Source: Phycisphaerales bacterium (GTDB taxonomy: Bacteria; Planctomycetota; Phycisphaerae; Phycisphaerales; UBA1924). Taken from it: 54,997 bases of DNA. Position numbers and translations under genes: made by a program. Position 1 is the first letter of the stretch, and each line of letters begins with the position of its first letter. Below are positions 24,583 through 35,147 of the stretch, in pieces. The notes under the pieces were generated by a model. It was not told the origin of the DNA, searched no databases, and saw only the letters and a list, made by a program, of their open reading frames with translations. The stretch covers positions 1-54,997 of the forward strand of contig JBBRGG010000001.1 in NCBI GenBank assembly GCA_038240875.1. Reading direction: 5' to 3'.

Positions 24583-26127
24583 ATGACACAAGTTGTTCTC
24601 AATGCCCTTCACGTCAAGCAACAATGTCTTAACGCAGCGTGTGCCTCGTCGTATCCCGTATCCGAAGTTCGCACCGGCTGCGCCGCATGTGGCGAGCTGC
24701 TCGACGTTGTGTATGACTTTCCCGCCGACTACGTATCACGAAACAATCTTGCGGGTTTCGCCGCCTTCACCGCTCGTGGCGCGAGCGTCGCCAAGCGTTC
24801 ACCCGCCGGGCTCATGCCGACGAATCAAGCTGCTCTGGATTTCTCTGGCGTGTGGCGCTTTCGCGAGCTCTTACCCTTTTATGCCGACCCCTCGCGCATC
24901 GTGACCATCGGCGAAGGCCGCACGATCCTTCAGCGTGCCGACCACTTGGCCTGCGAGATTGGGATCGACCTCTCCGGCGGCGGCGAGCTTCACCTACAAT
25001 ACGAAGGCTTCAACCCCTCGGGCAGCTTCAAAGACAACGGCATGGCCGCAGGATTTACGCACGCGCGCATGGTCGGCGCCAAGCGAGTTGCTTGTGCTTC
25101 CACGGGCAACACCTCCGCCGCCATGGCCGTCTATGGCAGCCTCACCGGGATGGCGGTCTACGTCTTTATCGGCGAAGGCAAGATCGCTTATGGCAAGCTC
25201 AGCCAAGCCCTCGAATATGGCGCGAAAACCCTCCAAGTCGCGGGTGATTTCGACGCCTGCCTCGCTCGAGTTCGCGAGATCGCCGAGAACCGCCCCGAAG
25301 TCGGTATCTATCTCATGAACTCGGTCAATCCCTTCCGTCTCGAAGGCCAAAAAACCATCATGTATCGCATCTTGGAAGGCCTGGGCTGGGAAGTTCCCGA
25401 TTGGATCGTCGTCCCCGGCGGCAACCTAGGTAATTGCTCCGCCTTCGGCAAAGCCTTTATCGAGCTCAAAGCCCTAGGGCTGATCGACCGCATCCCGCGC
25501 TTGGCGATCATCCAAGCTGAGGGCTCGCGCACGCTTGATCGCGTAGTCAATGAGCTAGGCGTGAAGTGGACACCCGCCGCGTGTGAGACAAGCTCACGTT
25601 GCAAGGGGTGCGAGCGTCCAGCTTCGTGCGCACAATCGTGTCTTCGAGGAACGTACGACCGGGCGACGGTGCAAGCCGAGTACGCCCGCATGAACCGCGA
25701 CAACGAACGCGCGCACACCATTGCAACCGCAATTGAAATCAACCGGCCAGTCAACCTTTCCAAAGCCCTTCGCGCTCTGTACGCAATGAATGGCGTGGTC
25801 CGCAGCGTGAGCGACGCCGAGATCGTTGAGAACAAGGCGCTCGCAGGCAAGTGGGGCTTTGGGTGCGAGCCTGCCAGCGGCGCGAGCGTCGCGGGCGTGC
25901 GAATGCTTATGAACGAAGGGATCATCGCGCCCAAGGATCGCGTGGCATGCGTGCTCACGGGCCACGTGCTGAAGGACCCAGACGTGACTGTTGGGTATCA
26001 CACCGGCGTGAACACAAAGTCCGCCGCGGTTGATCTGACCGGCTCCAAGCCGACCGGGCGCGTGAGCAACCCGCCAATCCGCGTTGCGGATGATCTAGAG
26101 TTGATATTAAAGGCGATGGGGGTTTGA
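24583..26127 (+). CDS. thrC: Threonine synthase (long form with an N-terminal Cys-rich ribbon)
   Basis: PLP-lysine motif [26 protein letters not shown] and [10 protein letters not shown]-terminal CLNAAC...CAACG. Start re-picked at ATG 24583. Confidence 0.9.
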   Translation: MTQVVLNALHVKQQCLNAACASSYPVSEVRTGCAACGELLDVVYDFPADYVSRNNLAGFAAFTARGASVAKRSPAGLMPTNQAALDFSGVWRFRELLPFYADPSRIVTIGEGRTILQRADHLACEIGIDLSGGGELHLQYEGFNPSGSFKDNGMAAGFTHARMVGAKRVACASTGNTSAAMAVYGSLTGMAVYVFIGEGKIAYGKLSQALEYGAKTLQVAGDFDACLARVREIAENRPEVGIYLMNSVNPFRLEGQKTIMYRILEGLGWEVPDWIVVPGGNLGNCSAFGKAFIELKALGLIDRIPRLAIIQAEGSRTLDRVVNELGVKWTPAACETSSRCKGCERPASCAQSCLRGTYDRATVQAEYARMNRDNERAHTIATAIEINRPVNLSKALRALYAMNGVVRSVSDAEIVENKALAGKWGFGCEPASGASVAGVRMLMNEGIIAPKDRVACVLTGHVLKDPDVTVGYHTGVNTKSAAVDLTGSKPTGRVSNPPIRVADDLELILKAMGV

Positions 26128-26222
26128 GCGAAAGACAAATGCAGTTGGATGCAGGTAAACAGGGCAACAGGTTATCGCCCATCCGCACTTGCGCCAAGCC
26201 CTTAAAGAATTAATCCAACTTT

Positions 26223-27584
26223 TTACGTCACCGACGCTCGTCCAACGCTGTGGTACGTAAACCCATTCTCTTTCATCGTGGTCACGCGGTAGAGGTTCCT
26301 GCCATCAAAGATCACAGGCGACTTCATTAGCGACTTCATCTTCGCATAGTCCGGGCTCTTGAATTCGTCCCAGTCCGTCGACACCACCAGCGCATCGGCG
26401 TCTTTGAGCGCGTCGTACATGTCATCGACGATTGTGGCTGCCGGGCCCAGTTCGGCTCGCGCGTTCTCGTTCGCCACAGGGTCAAAGGCCACGCAGCTTG
26501 CGCCATAGCCCGCGGCTTTACGGATCAGCGTGAGTGCAGGGGCTTCGCGAATATCGTCGGTCTTGGGCTTAAAGGCGATACCCCAGAAGGCGATCTTTTT
26601 GCCCTGAAGGCCAGCGGGCCCGCCACCGATGCCGGTCTTGCCGCCAAAGTGCGCGACAATCTTGTCGAAGAATCGATCGCGCTGCTTCTGGTTGACATCG
26701 TGGACAGCCTTTGACAGTTTGGCTTCGATGCCGACTTTATCGCCCATCATGATGCAGGCGAGCGTGTCCTTGGGAAAACATGACCCGCCATAACCAAGGC
26801 CCGGATAGAGGAACGACGAGCCAATGCGCTTGTCGGAGCACATGCCTTCGCGAACGCGGTTGATGTCGGCGCCATACGCCTCGCAGAGGTTGGCCATCTC
26901 ATTAATGAACGAGATCTTGGTGGCGAGAAAGTTATTGGCGCAGTACTTGACCATCTCAGCGGAAGGCACGTCCATCAGATAAATCGGGTGGCCGTTGCGG
27001 ACGAATGGATCGTACAGCAAGCGGAAGGCTTCGCTAGCGGATTCGTCATCGATGCCGACTACGACGCGATCGGGCTTCATGAAATCCTCGATCGCCGCAC
27101 CTTCTTTAAGAAACTCTGGGTTGTCGGCGACCGTGAACGAAATCGCTGGACCAACGCGTGCGCGGATGCGATCACGAACGCCCAGCGTCGTGCCGACGGG
27201 CACGGTAGACTTCATGACGATGATCTTGGGTTTTTGATTGGGGCCAAGAGCCTTAAGGACGTCGGCGATGTCGTCCGCCGCGGCGTGAACATACTTGAGG
27301 TCGGTGTGCCCGCGTTCGTCGCTGGGGGTGCCCACGCAGATGAAGATCATCTCGGCGTCACGGTACGCCTCGCCCTTATCGAGCGTGTATTTCAGGCGGC
27401 CAGCCTTGTAGTTCTTCTCCATCAGCTCGGTCAGGCCGGGCTCATAGATGGGGCAGATGTTCTGCTTGAGCTTCTCGATCTTGCGCGCATCAACATCAAG
27501 GCATATGACATCGTTGCCGGTGTTCGAAAAGCAAACGCCGGTGACAAGCCCAACATATCCGGTACCGACCATGGTCAGACGCAT
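26223..27584 (-). CDS. ugd: UDP-glucose 6-dehydrogenase
   Basis: MRLTMVGTGYVGLVTGVCF (Rossmann), FICVGTP, GYGGSCFPKD (catalytic Cys) and FWGIAFKPKTDDIREAP. Start re-picked at ATG 27584. Confidence 0.9.
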   Translation of the reverse strand: MRLTMVGTGYVGLVTGVCFSNTGNDVICLDVDARKIEKLKQNICPIYEPGLTELMEKNYKAGRLKYTLDKGEAYRDAEMIFICVGTPSDERGHTDLKYVHAAADDIADVLKALGPNQKPKIIVMKSTVPVGTTLGVRDRIRARVGPAISFTVADNPEFLKEGAAIEDFMKPDRVVVGIDDESASEAFRLLYDPFVRNGHPIYLMDVPSAEMVKYCANNFLATKISFINEMANLCEAYGADINRVREGMCSDKRIGSSFLYPGLGYGGSCFPKDTLACIMMGDKVGIEAKLSKAVHDVNQKQRDRFFDKIVAHFGGKTGIGGGPAGLQGKKIAFWGIAFKPKTDDIREAPALTLIRKAAGYGASCVAFDPVANENARAELGPAATIVDDMYDALKDADALVVSTDWDEFKSPDYAKMKSLMKSPVIFDGRNLYRVTTMKENGFTYHSVGRASVT

Positions 27585-27952
27585 CTCAATGACTCCAGCG
27601 AAGGTTGGGATTCGATACAGCGGCGAACAGACGAACAACAATACTTTCTGTAACCACGCACGGACCGGTCGAAAATAATTGCCGGTCTCACAAGTAGACC
27701 AAATTAAAATGTAGACCCTCGCACACGACTTGCGCGGCCGAGTGTAGGGATTCAGGTCCTCTATCGGCCTACAAATCGCTTCAAGTGAGCCCAGACTTGC
27801 TCATGACCGCTTGACCCTGCTCCGCCAATCCCCCAGAAAACCCGCGAACACCGTGAAATTACTCTGCAGCTTTACATGTACGCCAAATAGCCTGGAAACA
27901 ACGCACAATATTAGGGGACAACCAGCCTTGTACCGCCCTATTACTAGGCCCC

Positions 27953-28957
27953 ATGGGAACAGGTTCAACCAACGTTCGCAAAACCAGCAAGCACTTAGAT
28001 AAAGATCGCGCAAAGCTCGCGCGATTACATGCCACATCAGCGAACCCGCCCGCAAAGGCTGTCGCGAAGCCTTCTAAGGCTTCCAAGGCTACCAACGCCA
28101 AGCGTCGTGGCACATCCGACGCGCGCAAGAAGGCCACGACCGGCAAAGCAGGCAAAAAGCTCGCGCTGACCGCAAAGACCGCAGACAAGCGATTGCTGTA
28201 TGAGCTCGCCGTCCAGAGCACAGACGCCGAGATCGACTTTGTTGATCGCACGTTCAAGAAGCTTCGAGGGCGAACCGCACGCAGCATGCGCGAGGACTTC
28301 TGCGCCTCAGCCGCGACGGCGTGCGAGTGGGTCAAGCGCCGCCCGGACAACACCGCCATCGGCCTGGATCTTGATAAGCCAATTCTCGACTGGGGTACGC
28401 AGCGAAACATTGCCCAGCTCGCCGACGATGAGAAATCACGCATCAAGCTTCATCTTCGCGATGTGCTCAAGCCAGGCAACGCCACCAACGTAGACATGAT
28501 CCTCGCGATGAACTTTTCGTATAGCGTCTTCAACACGCGCGAGCTCATGCTGCAGTACTTTCGCGCAGTGCACGCGAGCCTCGTCGGCGATGGCGTCCTC
28601 TTCATGGACATCTATGGCGGGTACGAGTCTCAGCGCATGCAAGTCGAACGCCGCGCATGCAAAGGCTTCACATACCTCTGGGAACAAGCACTTTTCCACC
28701 CCATCACCGGCGCGTACCGCTGCCACATCCACTTTGAGTTTCCCGACAAAACCCGCATCAACCGTGCGTTCACCTACGACTGGCGGCTCTGGAGCATCGC
28801 CGAAATCAAGGACATCTTGAACGACGCTGGCTTCACACGCACCACCGTCTACTGGGAAGGAGACGATAAAAAAGGTGGCGGCAACGGCGTATTTCGCCCA
28901 CACCCCAAAGGCCAGCCCGATGCCTGCTATGTCTGCTACATCGCAGCGGAGAAGTAG
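27953..28957 (+). CDS. Class I SAM-dependent methyltransferase with a Lys/Ala-rich basic N-terminal tail
   Basis: Motif-I-like MREDFCASAATA...AIGLDLD, post-I VDMILAMNFS and DGVLFMDIYGG. The first ~85 aa are a histone-H1-like K/A/S tract. It is a paralog of 29061..30056. Confidence 0.65.
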   Translation: MGTGSTNVRKTSKHLDKDRAKLARLHATSANPPAKAVAKPSKASKATNAKRRGTSDARKKATTGKAGKKLALTAKTADKRLLYELAVQSTDAEIDFVDRTFKKLRGRTARSMREDFCASAATACEWVKRRPDNTAIGLDLDKPILDWGTQRNIAQLADDEKSRIKLHLRDVLKPGNATNVDMILAMNFSYSVFNTRELMLQYFRAVHASLVGDGVLFMDIYGGYESQRMQVERRACKGFTYLWEQALFHPITGAYRCHIHFEFPDKTRINRAFTYDWRLWSIAEIKDILNDAGFTRTTVYWEGDDKKGGGNGVFRPHPKGQPDACYVCYIAAEK

Positions 28958-29060
28958 ACGCGAGACGAGAGACGAGGATGGCAATCGCAAATGGCGAGAC
29001 TTGATTCAGGCACTTTGCCACTTTACTTCTGTGCTTCTGTGCCACTTCTTCTCTTTTCGC

Positions 29061-30056
29061 CTATGGCCTCGCCGCCACATACACCACCGCGCTCGTGCGT
29101 GTTTCCAGAACTTCCAAAGGCGTTACATACGCATCGCCTTTGGCATCCATCGCGTCGGGCGAGTCGCCATAGACCTCGATGCGTGAAAAGCCCGCGTCGT
29201 GCAGCGCGTCGCGCAACTCGGCGATCGACCACAGCCGCCAGTTATACTCAAACGCGTTTTTGAGCGACCAAACCTCACTACCGGAGCGATTCAACAGTGC
29301 AAAGTCGATCGCGTTATGCACGAGCCCCGTTGCAAGATCTGCTTCGATCTGCCGCCAAGTGTACCGCACGCGCGCGTGCTTGAGCCCGCCAAGCCTGCCA
29401 AGCCCGCCAACTTCCAAGCGTGCAGTATCGAGTTCAATTGCAGGATGATCGACGCTCGCCTTGCACCTCTTCCACGCGCCAGGCCCCGCGTACATATCGC
29501 AAACAAACAATCCGTCGTCGGCAACTCGTCCACGTACCTGCTTCAAGTATGCGGTCAATTCGGCACGCTCGAGCAACTCGCCGATTGAAAAGTTTCCCAC
29601 TTGCACAACGTCAGCCTTCGCGCCCAGCGCTTTAGCCGCGGCCTGTTCGGGATCCTTGCCACATACGTCGGCTTCAATGAGCGTCAGCCTTCGATGAGGT
29701 TTTGCGTGCGCGAGCACCATCGCGTCAATATCTGTAGCGACCGCGCGACGCTTTGCATCCGCTAGGCACCATCCTCGCGCCAGCAAAGCAGACCCGCAAA
29801 AATCCTCTGCAAGCAGCTTCGCACGCCGCGGCATCATATTTCGCGCCTGCTTTACCTTGGTCGCGATCCTTAACGAACTTGCTTTGCTCCCATCGCGCAA
29901 CACCTGGCAATTCCAGATCGCTTCGATCATCCGCAGCGTCATCGATACGTTCTGGACACAGTGCTCGTAAAGCGCGTACCGCAGCGCATCGAAACCTACT
30001 TCTTCACGAGTGCCCGAGTCCTTCGCCTTTCGCAGCCTTGCCATGTCTGTGCCCAA
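29061..30056 (-). CDS. Class I SAM-dependent methyltransferase, paralog of 27953..28957, last gene of the ABC cluster
   Basis: LLAEDFCGSALLARGW...AVATDID, ADVVQVGNFS, DGLFVCDMYAG, and FEYNWRLWSIAELRDALHDAGFSRIEVY (compare FTYDWRLWSIAEIKDILNDAGFTRTTVY in the paralog). Confidence 0.65.
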   Translation of the reverse strand: MGTDMARLRKAKDSGTREEVGFDALRYALYEHCVQNVSMTLRMIEAIWNCQVLRDGSKASSLRIATKVKQARNMMPRRAKLLAEDFCGSALLARGWCLADAKRRAVATDIDAMVLAHAKPHRRLTLIEADVCGKDPEQAAAKALGAKADVVQVGNFSIGELLERAELTAYLKQVRGRVADDGLFVCDMYAGPGAWKRCKASVDHPAIELDTARLEVGGLGRLGGLKHARVRYTWRQIEADLATGLVHNAIDFALLNRSGSEVWSLKNAFEYNWRLWSIAELRDALHDAGFSRIEVYGDSPDAMDAKGDAYVTPLEVLETRTSAVVYVAARP

Positions 30057-30126
30057 TTTTCGCTCTGTGTCGGCTGTGTAATTACTGAGTAGTCGAATAG
30101 TTGCCGCGACGATTGCACCAATTACA

Positions 30127-31569
30127 TCACGCCATCCGGATCCACTTGATTAGCGTTCCAACCGAAGGCGGCTTCCCATACATCAGCACGCCAATCCGGA
30201 AAATCTTCGCCGCACACCGAAGCAGCAGATACCCCGTCGCGATCCCGATCAATATCGCCAACCCCGTTTCCCATAGCGGCGGCGGGCTCGAGCTCGAAAT
30301 CCGGATCACCATCACAAACGGGCTTACCGGTGGCGTAAAGCTCAACACTCGCGCCAGCATGCTATCGGGATTCATCGCGATGGGAATCATCAACAACATC
30401 GGCGTCATGATCACCAGCATCACCGGGGTCAAAAGCGTCTGCGCTTCGTGGATATCCGTCACCGCGCTCCCCACCGCCGCCATGAGCGATGCGACGCTGA
30501 AGAACGCGATAAAGAAGAAGATTCCAAGGAAGATCAAATTAATCGGATCAATCAAATACATCGCGCTCATCGTGATCAGCGCGACAATCCCTAGCCCCGA
30601 ATAAATCGTCAGTACCAACAACCCGGCGGACATCTGCCCGAGGATCTTGCCCGACATCAACTCCATCGGCGAGACCGCCGACAACAGCACTTCCATCACT
30701 CGATTCGATTTTTCCTCGATCGTTGACGCGAGTAAATACTGCCCGCCGGTCATCACGCTGATCCATAGCAGCATCATGAACGCCGCAGGCAAGATCAATT
30801 GCTGCAACTCGCCACTTGATCGCTCTCCTTGTGGCGTGACCGCTCGCGCGTCGGGCGTTTCCAATCGCATCAACGCGGTCAGCCGCGCACGATCTTCCCC
30901 CGCTGCCGAAAGCCGCGCATCAATAATCGCATCGCGCACTATCGACGACACCAGCCCATGCACGCGCGTATCCAGCTTGGGGCGCACAAAGAGTTCGTAA
31001 CTCTCGTATCCACCGGTATCGCCATCGCCGGAAATATCCGCCTTCACGCCGTCTTTCGCAGGTCGAACCGCGTGTGGCTTGATGACGATCAGAATCAGCC
31101 GCCCTCCATCCTTGACATCCCCCGCCATCAAAGGCTGCTTTGATTCCTCTTCGGAAGCGTCTAGCGCGAGTGGTTCGAGCGTGAGCGCTGGCGCGCCCGC
31201 AACGGCTTCATCCTTCATCTTCTCCGCTGTGGCTCGAACCTGATTCCCCACGGCTTGCCCCGTCGGGCCGCCCAGGTTTTTCTCCGCCAACGCCGCGCCC
31301 GCTTGTGCCGCGGCTTGCGCACCCTTATTGATCCGTATCGCTATTCCCTCAGGTGTCAGCCGCTCCTTAAGCAACGGCATCACCTCGCCGGTTGTGTCAA
31401 TAATCGCAACCGTTCCAACCACCGGTGGCGGCTTCACATTGATCAGCGCGAGCAACACCGGTATGACGCCCGCTAACATCAAAGGCACAACCACAACACC
31501 AAAGAAAAACGCCTTGGTGAACGTCGTGGCCTTGAACTCTCGAATAGCAACTGTAAAAATACGTTTCAT
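30127..31569 (-). CDS. ABC-2 type transporter permease (NatB-like)
   Basis: MKRIFTVAIREFKATTFTKAFFFGVVVVPL, a large extracytoplasmic loop, then 5 C-terminal TM spans. It lies directly downstream of the ABC ATPase. Confidence 0.78.
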   Translation of the reverse strand: MKRIFTVAIREFKATTFTKAFFFGVVVVPLMLAGVIPVLLALINVKPPPVVGTVAIIDTTGEVMPLLKERLTPEGIAIRINKGAQAAAQAGAALAEKNLGGPTGQAVGNQVRATAEKMKDEAVAGAPALTLEPLALDASEEESKQPLMAGDVKDGGRLILIVIKPHAVRPAKDGVKADISGDGDTGGYESYELFVRPKLDTRVHGLVSSIVRDAIIDARLSAAGEDRARLTALMRLETPDARAVTPQGERSSGELQQLILPAAFMMLLWISVMTGGQYLLASTIEEKSNRVMEVLLSAVSPMELMSGKILGQMSAGLLVLTIYSGLGIVALITMSAMYLIDPINLIFLGIFFFIAFFSVASLMAAVGSAVTDIHEAQTLLTPVMLVIMTPMLLMIPIAMNPDSMLARVLSFTPPVSPFVMVIRISSSSPPPLWETGLAILIGIATGYLLLRCAAKIFRIGVLMYGKPPSVGTLIKWIRMA

Positions 31570-31651
31570 GTGTGCTGCTCGGCAATCATTCTAAATTCGT
31601 ACGGATTCGCCGCAACCGCGAACCTTGTTCTTCCTAAAATTTCACACTCGT

Positions 31652-32740
<1,089 letters not shown>

Positions 32741-32946
32741 GCGCCCAAATCCCTGGCCCAAACCCTGGCCAAACCCTACCTTTGATTCTGAAAGTATGGT
32801 CGCGGGCTGGGTCACGTTGGCAAGCCTCCTACGTATGAACAATCTCGTTTCACCAAGTCTCGTTCCAACGTGAACAATCCATCGGGCGTTCGCGCGAGTC
32901 TGCTGAGCATATTCCACGCCCAGGCCAAACCACACATACGCTCGAT

Positions 32947-33015
32947 AGCCTCTCTCGTTTCATCAGCCTCTCTCGTTTCATCAGCCTCTCTCGTTTCATC
33001 AGCCTCTCTCGTTTC
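32947..33015. repeat. 18-bp tandem repeat (AGCCTCTCTCGTTTCATC x 3.8) in a divergent intergenic region
   Basis: Direct reading. Three perfect units at 32947-33000 plus a 15-nt partial unit. It lies between the ABC operon (-) and prfA (+). Confidence 0.92.
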
Positions 33016-33081
33016 TTTCTCGCTCGCTCTCGTCCCTTTCCGCTTCATATCTCGCACACGCATTCCGCCCCCTTAATTCCC

Positions 33082-34194
33082 ATGGCTGACCACGCCGAAG
33101 TGCTCCAACTAGATGCCCTCCCCCCCGCCGCCCTTGCTCGGCTGCGCACCATGGACCAACGCGCGAGCGAAGTCGCCACCCTCCTCGAAAGCGACGCCGT
33201 CGTCACCGACCACAAACGCGTCCGCGAATTAGCCCGCGAACAGAGCAACCTTCTTCGCGTCATCGACCCCTATCGCGCATCTGTCGCCCTCACCGGCGAA
33301 CGCGACGAGCTTCGCACCGCCATCACCGGAGCCGACGCCGATTTCGCCGCCCTAGCCCGCGAAGAGCTCCCTCTCGTCGAATCTCGTTTACTTAAAACGC
33401 TGAGTCAAATGCTCTCAACTCTCGTCCGCGCCGACGACGAATCTACCGACCGCATCATCGTCGAGATTCGCGCCGGCACCGGCGGCGACGAAGCCTGCCT
33501 CTGGGCTCGCGACCTCATCGACATGTACTGCAAATACGCGCTCCGCCAATACTGGAAGGTCGAGACCCTCGAACTCACCGACGAGCCAGGCGTCGGTGGC
33601 GTTCGCGCCTGCGTTCTCGCAATCGCCGGCGACAACACCTGGCAATCCATGGCGTTCGAAGCCGGGGTTCACTCTGTCAAACGTGTTCCCGCCACCGAAG
33701 CCCAAGGCCGCATCCACACCTCTACCGCCAGCGTCGCTGTCTTGAGCGAACCCGAAGACGTCGGTGTTTCCATCGACTGGGCCAACGACGTCGAAGAACA
33801 CGTCACTACGAGCCAAGGCCCAGGCGGACAAAACGTCAATAAAGTCGCGACGGCTGTCCAACTCAAGCACAAACCCACAGGCATCATGATCCGCATGCAG
33901 GAAAGCAAGAGCCAGCAAGACAACCGCCAACGCGCCCGCCGTTTGCTCATGGCAAAGCTTCACGAGATCGAACGCCGCCGCATTCATGATGCTCGTTCAG
34001 AAGCTCGTGCCGCCCAGATTGGTTCGGCGGACCGCTCCGAAAAAATCCGCACCTACCGCTGGAAAGAAGGCATCGCCGCCGACGAACGCCTGCCCGGCGA
34101 ATACGCTCTTCGCGACCTCTTGGCTGGCGCCTTCGAAACCCTCCACGCCGACCTTGTCGCCTGGGACACACGCCAGCGCCTCGCGGCGTTGTAA
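33082..34194 (+). CDS. prfA: Peptide chain release factor 1
   Basis: RVPATEAQGRIHTSTASVAVL carries the PAT tripeptide that is RF1-specific, and SQGPGGQNVNKVATAV carries the GGQ motif. The ORF is uninterrupted. Confidence 0.92.
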   Translation: MADHAEVLQLDALPPAALARLRTMDQRASEVATLLESDAVVTDHKRVRELAREQSNLLRVIDPYRASVALTGERDELRTAITGADADFAALAREELPLVESRLLKTLSQMLSTLVRADDESTDRIIVEIRAGTGGDEACLWARDLIDMYCKYALRQYWKVETLELTDEPGVGGVRACVLAIAGDNTWQSMAFEAGVHSVKRVPATEAQGRIHTSTASVAVLSEPEDVGVSIDWANDVEEHVTTSQGPGGQNVNKVATAVQLKHKPTGIMIRMQESKSQQDNRQRARRLLMAKLHEIERRRIHDARSEARAAQIGSADRSEKIRTYRWKEGIAADERLPGEYALRDLLAGAFETLHADLVAWDTRQRLAAL

Positions 34195-34223
34195 ATCAGA
34201 TTGTGCTTAAATTTCGACGCGCC

Positions 34224-34745
34224 TTGGGAAGCCGCTCTCGCCGAGAGGATGTTTGTACTGTCTTTGTGCCACCATGATTGCTTCAATCGTGGTGCTGTTT
34301 TTGCTTCTGTATTCTGTCTTGAGTACCTCTCATTCCGAGAGGATGTTTGTACTATCTTCGTGCCACCATGATTGCTTCAATCGTGGTGCTGTCTTTGCTT
34401 CTGTGTTCTGCCTTGGGGACCTCTCATTCAGAGAGAGGTTTGTACTGTCTTCGTGCCACTTCTTCGTGTCACCATGATTGCTTCAATCGTGGTGCTGTCT
34501 TTGCTTCTGTGTTCTGCATTGGGTACCTCTCAGACTGAGAGAGGTTTGTAGTGTCTTCGTGGCACTTCTTCGTGACACCATTATTGCTTCAATCGTGGTG
34601 CTGTCTTTGCTTTTGTGTTCTGCCTTGGGTACCTCTCATTCAGTGAGAGGTTTGTACTGTCTTCGTGCCACTTCTTCGTGACACCATAATTGCTTCAATC
34701 GTGGTGCTGTCTTTGCTTTTGTTTTTGCCTCAAGTACCATTGCTC
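34224..34745 (+). repeat. Tandem array (about 5.5 units of 93-106 bp) of the two-hairpin repeat family, locus 3
   Basis: Units start at 34266, 34360, 34453, 34559 and 34665 (GTGCCAC...). Each holds H2 (CACCATGATTG-CTT-CAATCGTGGTG, decaying in the last two units) and a relaxed H1 (ACCTCTC-loop-GAGAGGT). The entire unit repeats, so there are no unique spacers. Confidence 0.88.
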
Positions 34746-34789
34746 TTCTCTTTGCCTTCCCGATTCGGCTCTCACGTCTCCCGCTGGAT

Positions 34790-34825
34790 CGAAAAACGAA
34801 ACAACCCCAAGCAAGGCCTGGGGTT
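34790..34825 (-). terminator. Rho-independent terminator downstream of tRNA-Gly
   Basis: On the minus strand: AACCCCA-GGCCTTGCT-TGGGGTT, followed by GTTTCGTTTTTCG. It starts about 30 nt after the tRNA 3' end. Confidence 0.6.
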
Positions 34826-34854
34826 GGTTCATAAAGAGAGAGAGTTCTTCTGAA

Positions 34855-34926
34855 AGCGGGCGAAGGGACTTGAACCCTCGACTTCTACCTTGGCAAGGTA
34901 GCGCTCTACCACTGAGCTACGCCCGC
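34855..34926 (-). tRNA. tRNA-Gly (anticodon GCC); CCA not encoded
   Basis: Reverse complement: GCGGGCG TA GCTC AGTGGTA GAGC G CTACC TTGCCAA GGTAG AAGTC GAGGG TTCAAGT CCCTT CGCCCGC T. This is a full cloverleaf with a 7-bp acceptor stem, a GCC anticodon and a T-loop TTCAAGT. Confidence 0.92.
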
Positions 34927-35147
34927 AAACTGCCCATCTAGGCTGCCTCCGTAGGCTTCCTGTTGGGTCAGGACAATAGATCAACCACAATCGCCTGTCA
35001 ATGCCTTCGCATCATAACCCTGCTTCGCTTTTTCTCTTCTTCGCTAGCAGCCTCTTTGACGCCGTACACAGTTCGTACAAATCTACGCCTGATTCGAGAC
35101 TTAACTACATGTTACAAGGCCCAACGACTTGATTTCAGCAAGCCAAT

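Noticed and set aside
32812-33063. ORF encoding an ETREAD x4 repeat peptide
   Set aside because: It is generated purely by the 18-bp tandem repeat read on the minus strand. It has no RBS and lies in a divergent promoter region.
33082-34194. RF2-type programmed +1 frameshift site
   Set aside because: The ORF is uninterrupted. The tripeptide discriminator is PAT (RF1), not SPF, and there is no in-frame early UGA with an upstream SD.
34224-34745. Possible CRISPR array (regularly spaced palindromic repeats near a tRNA)
   Set aside because: The entire 93-106-bp unit is repeated, including what would be the spacers. There are no unique spacers, the repeat is far longer than CRISPR repeats, and no cas genes or leader are in the window.
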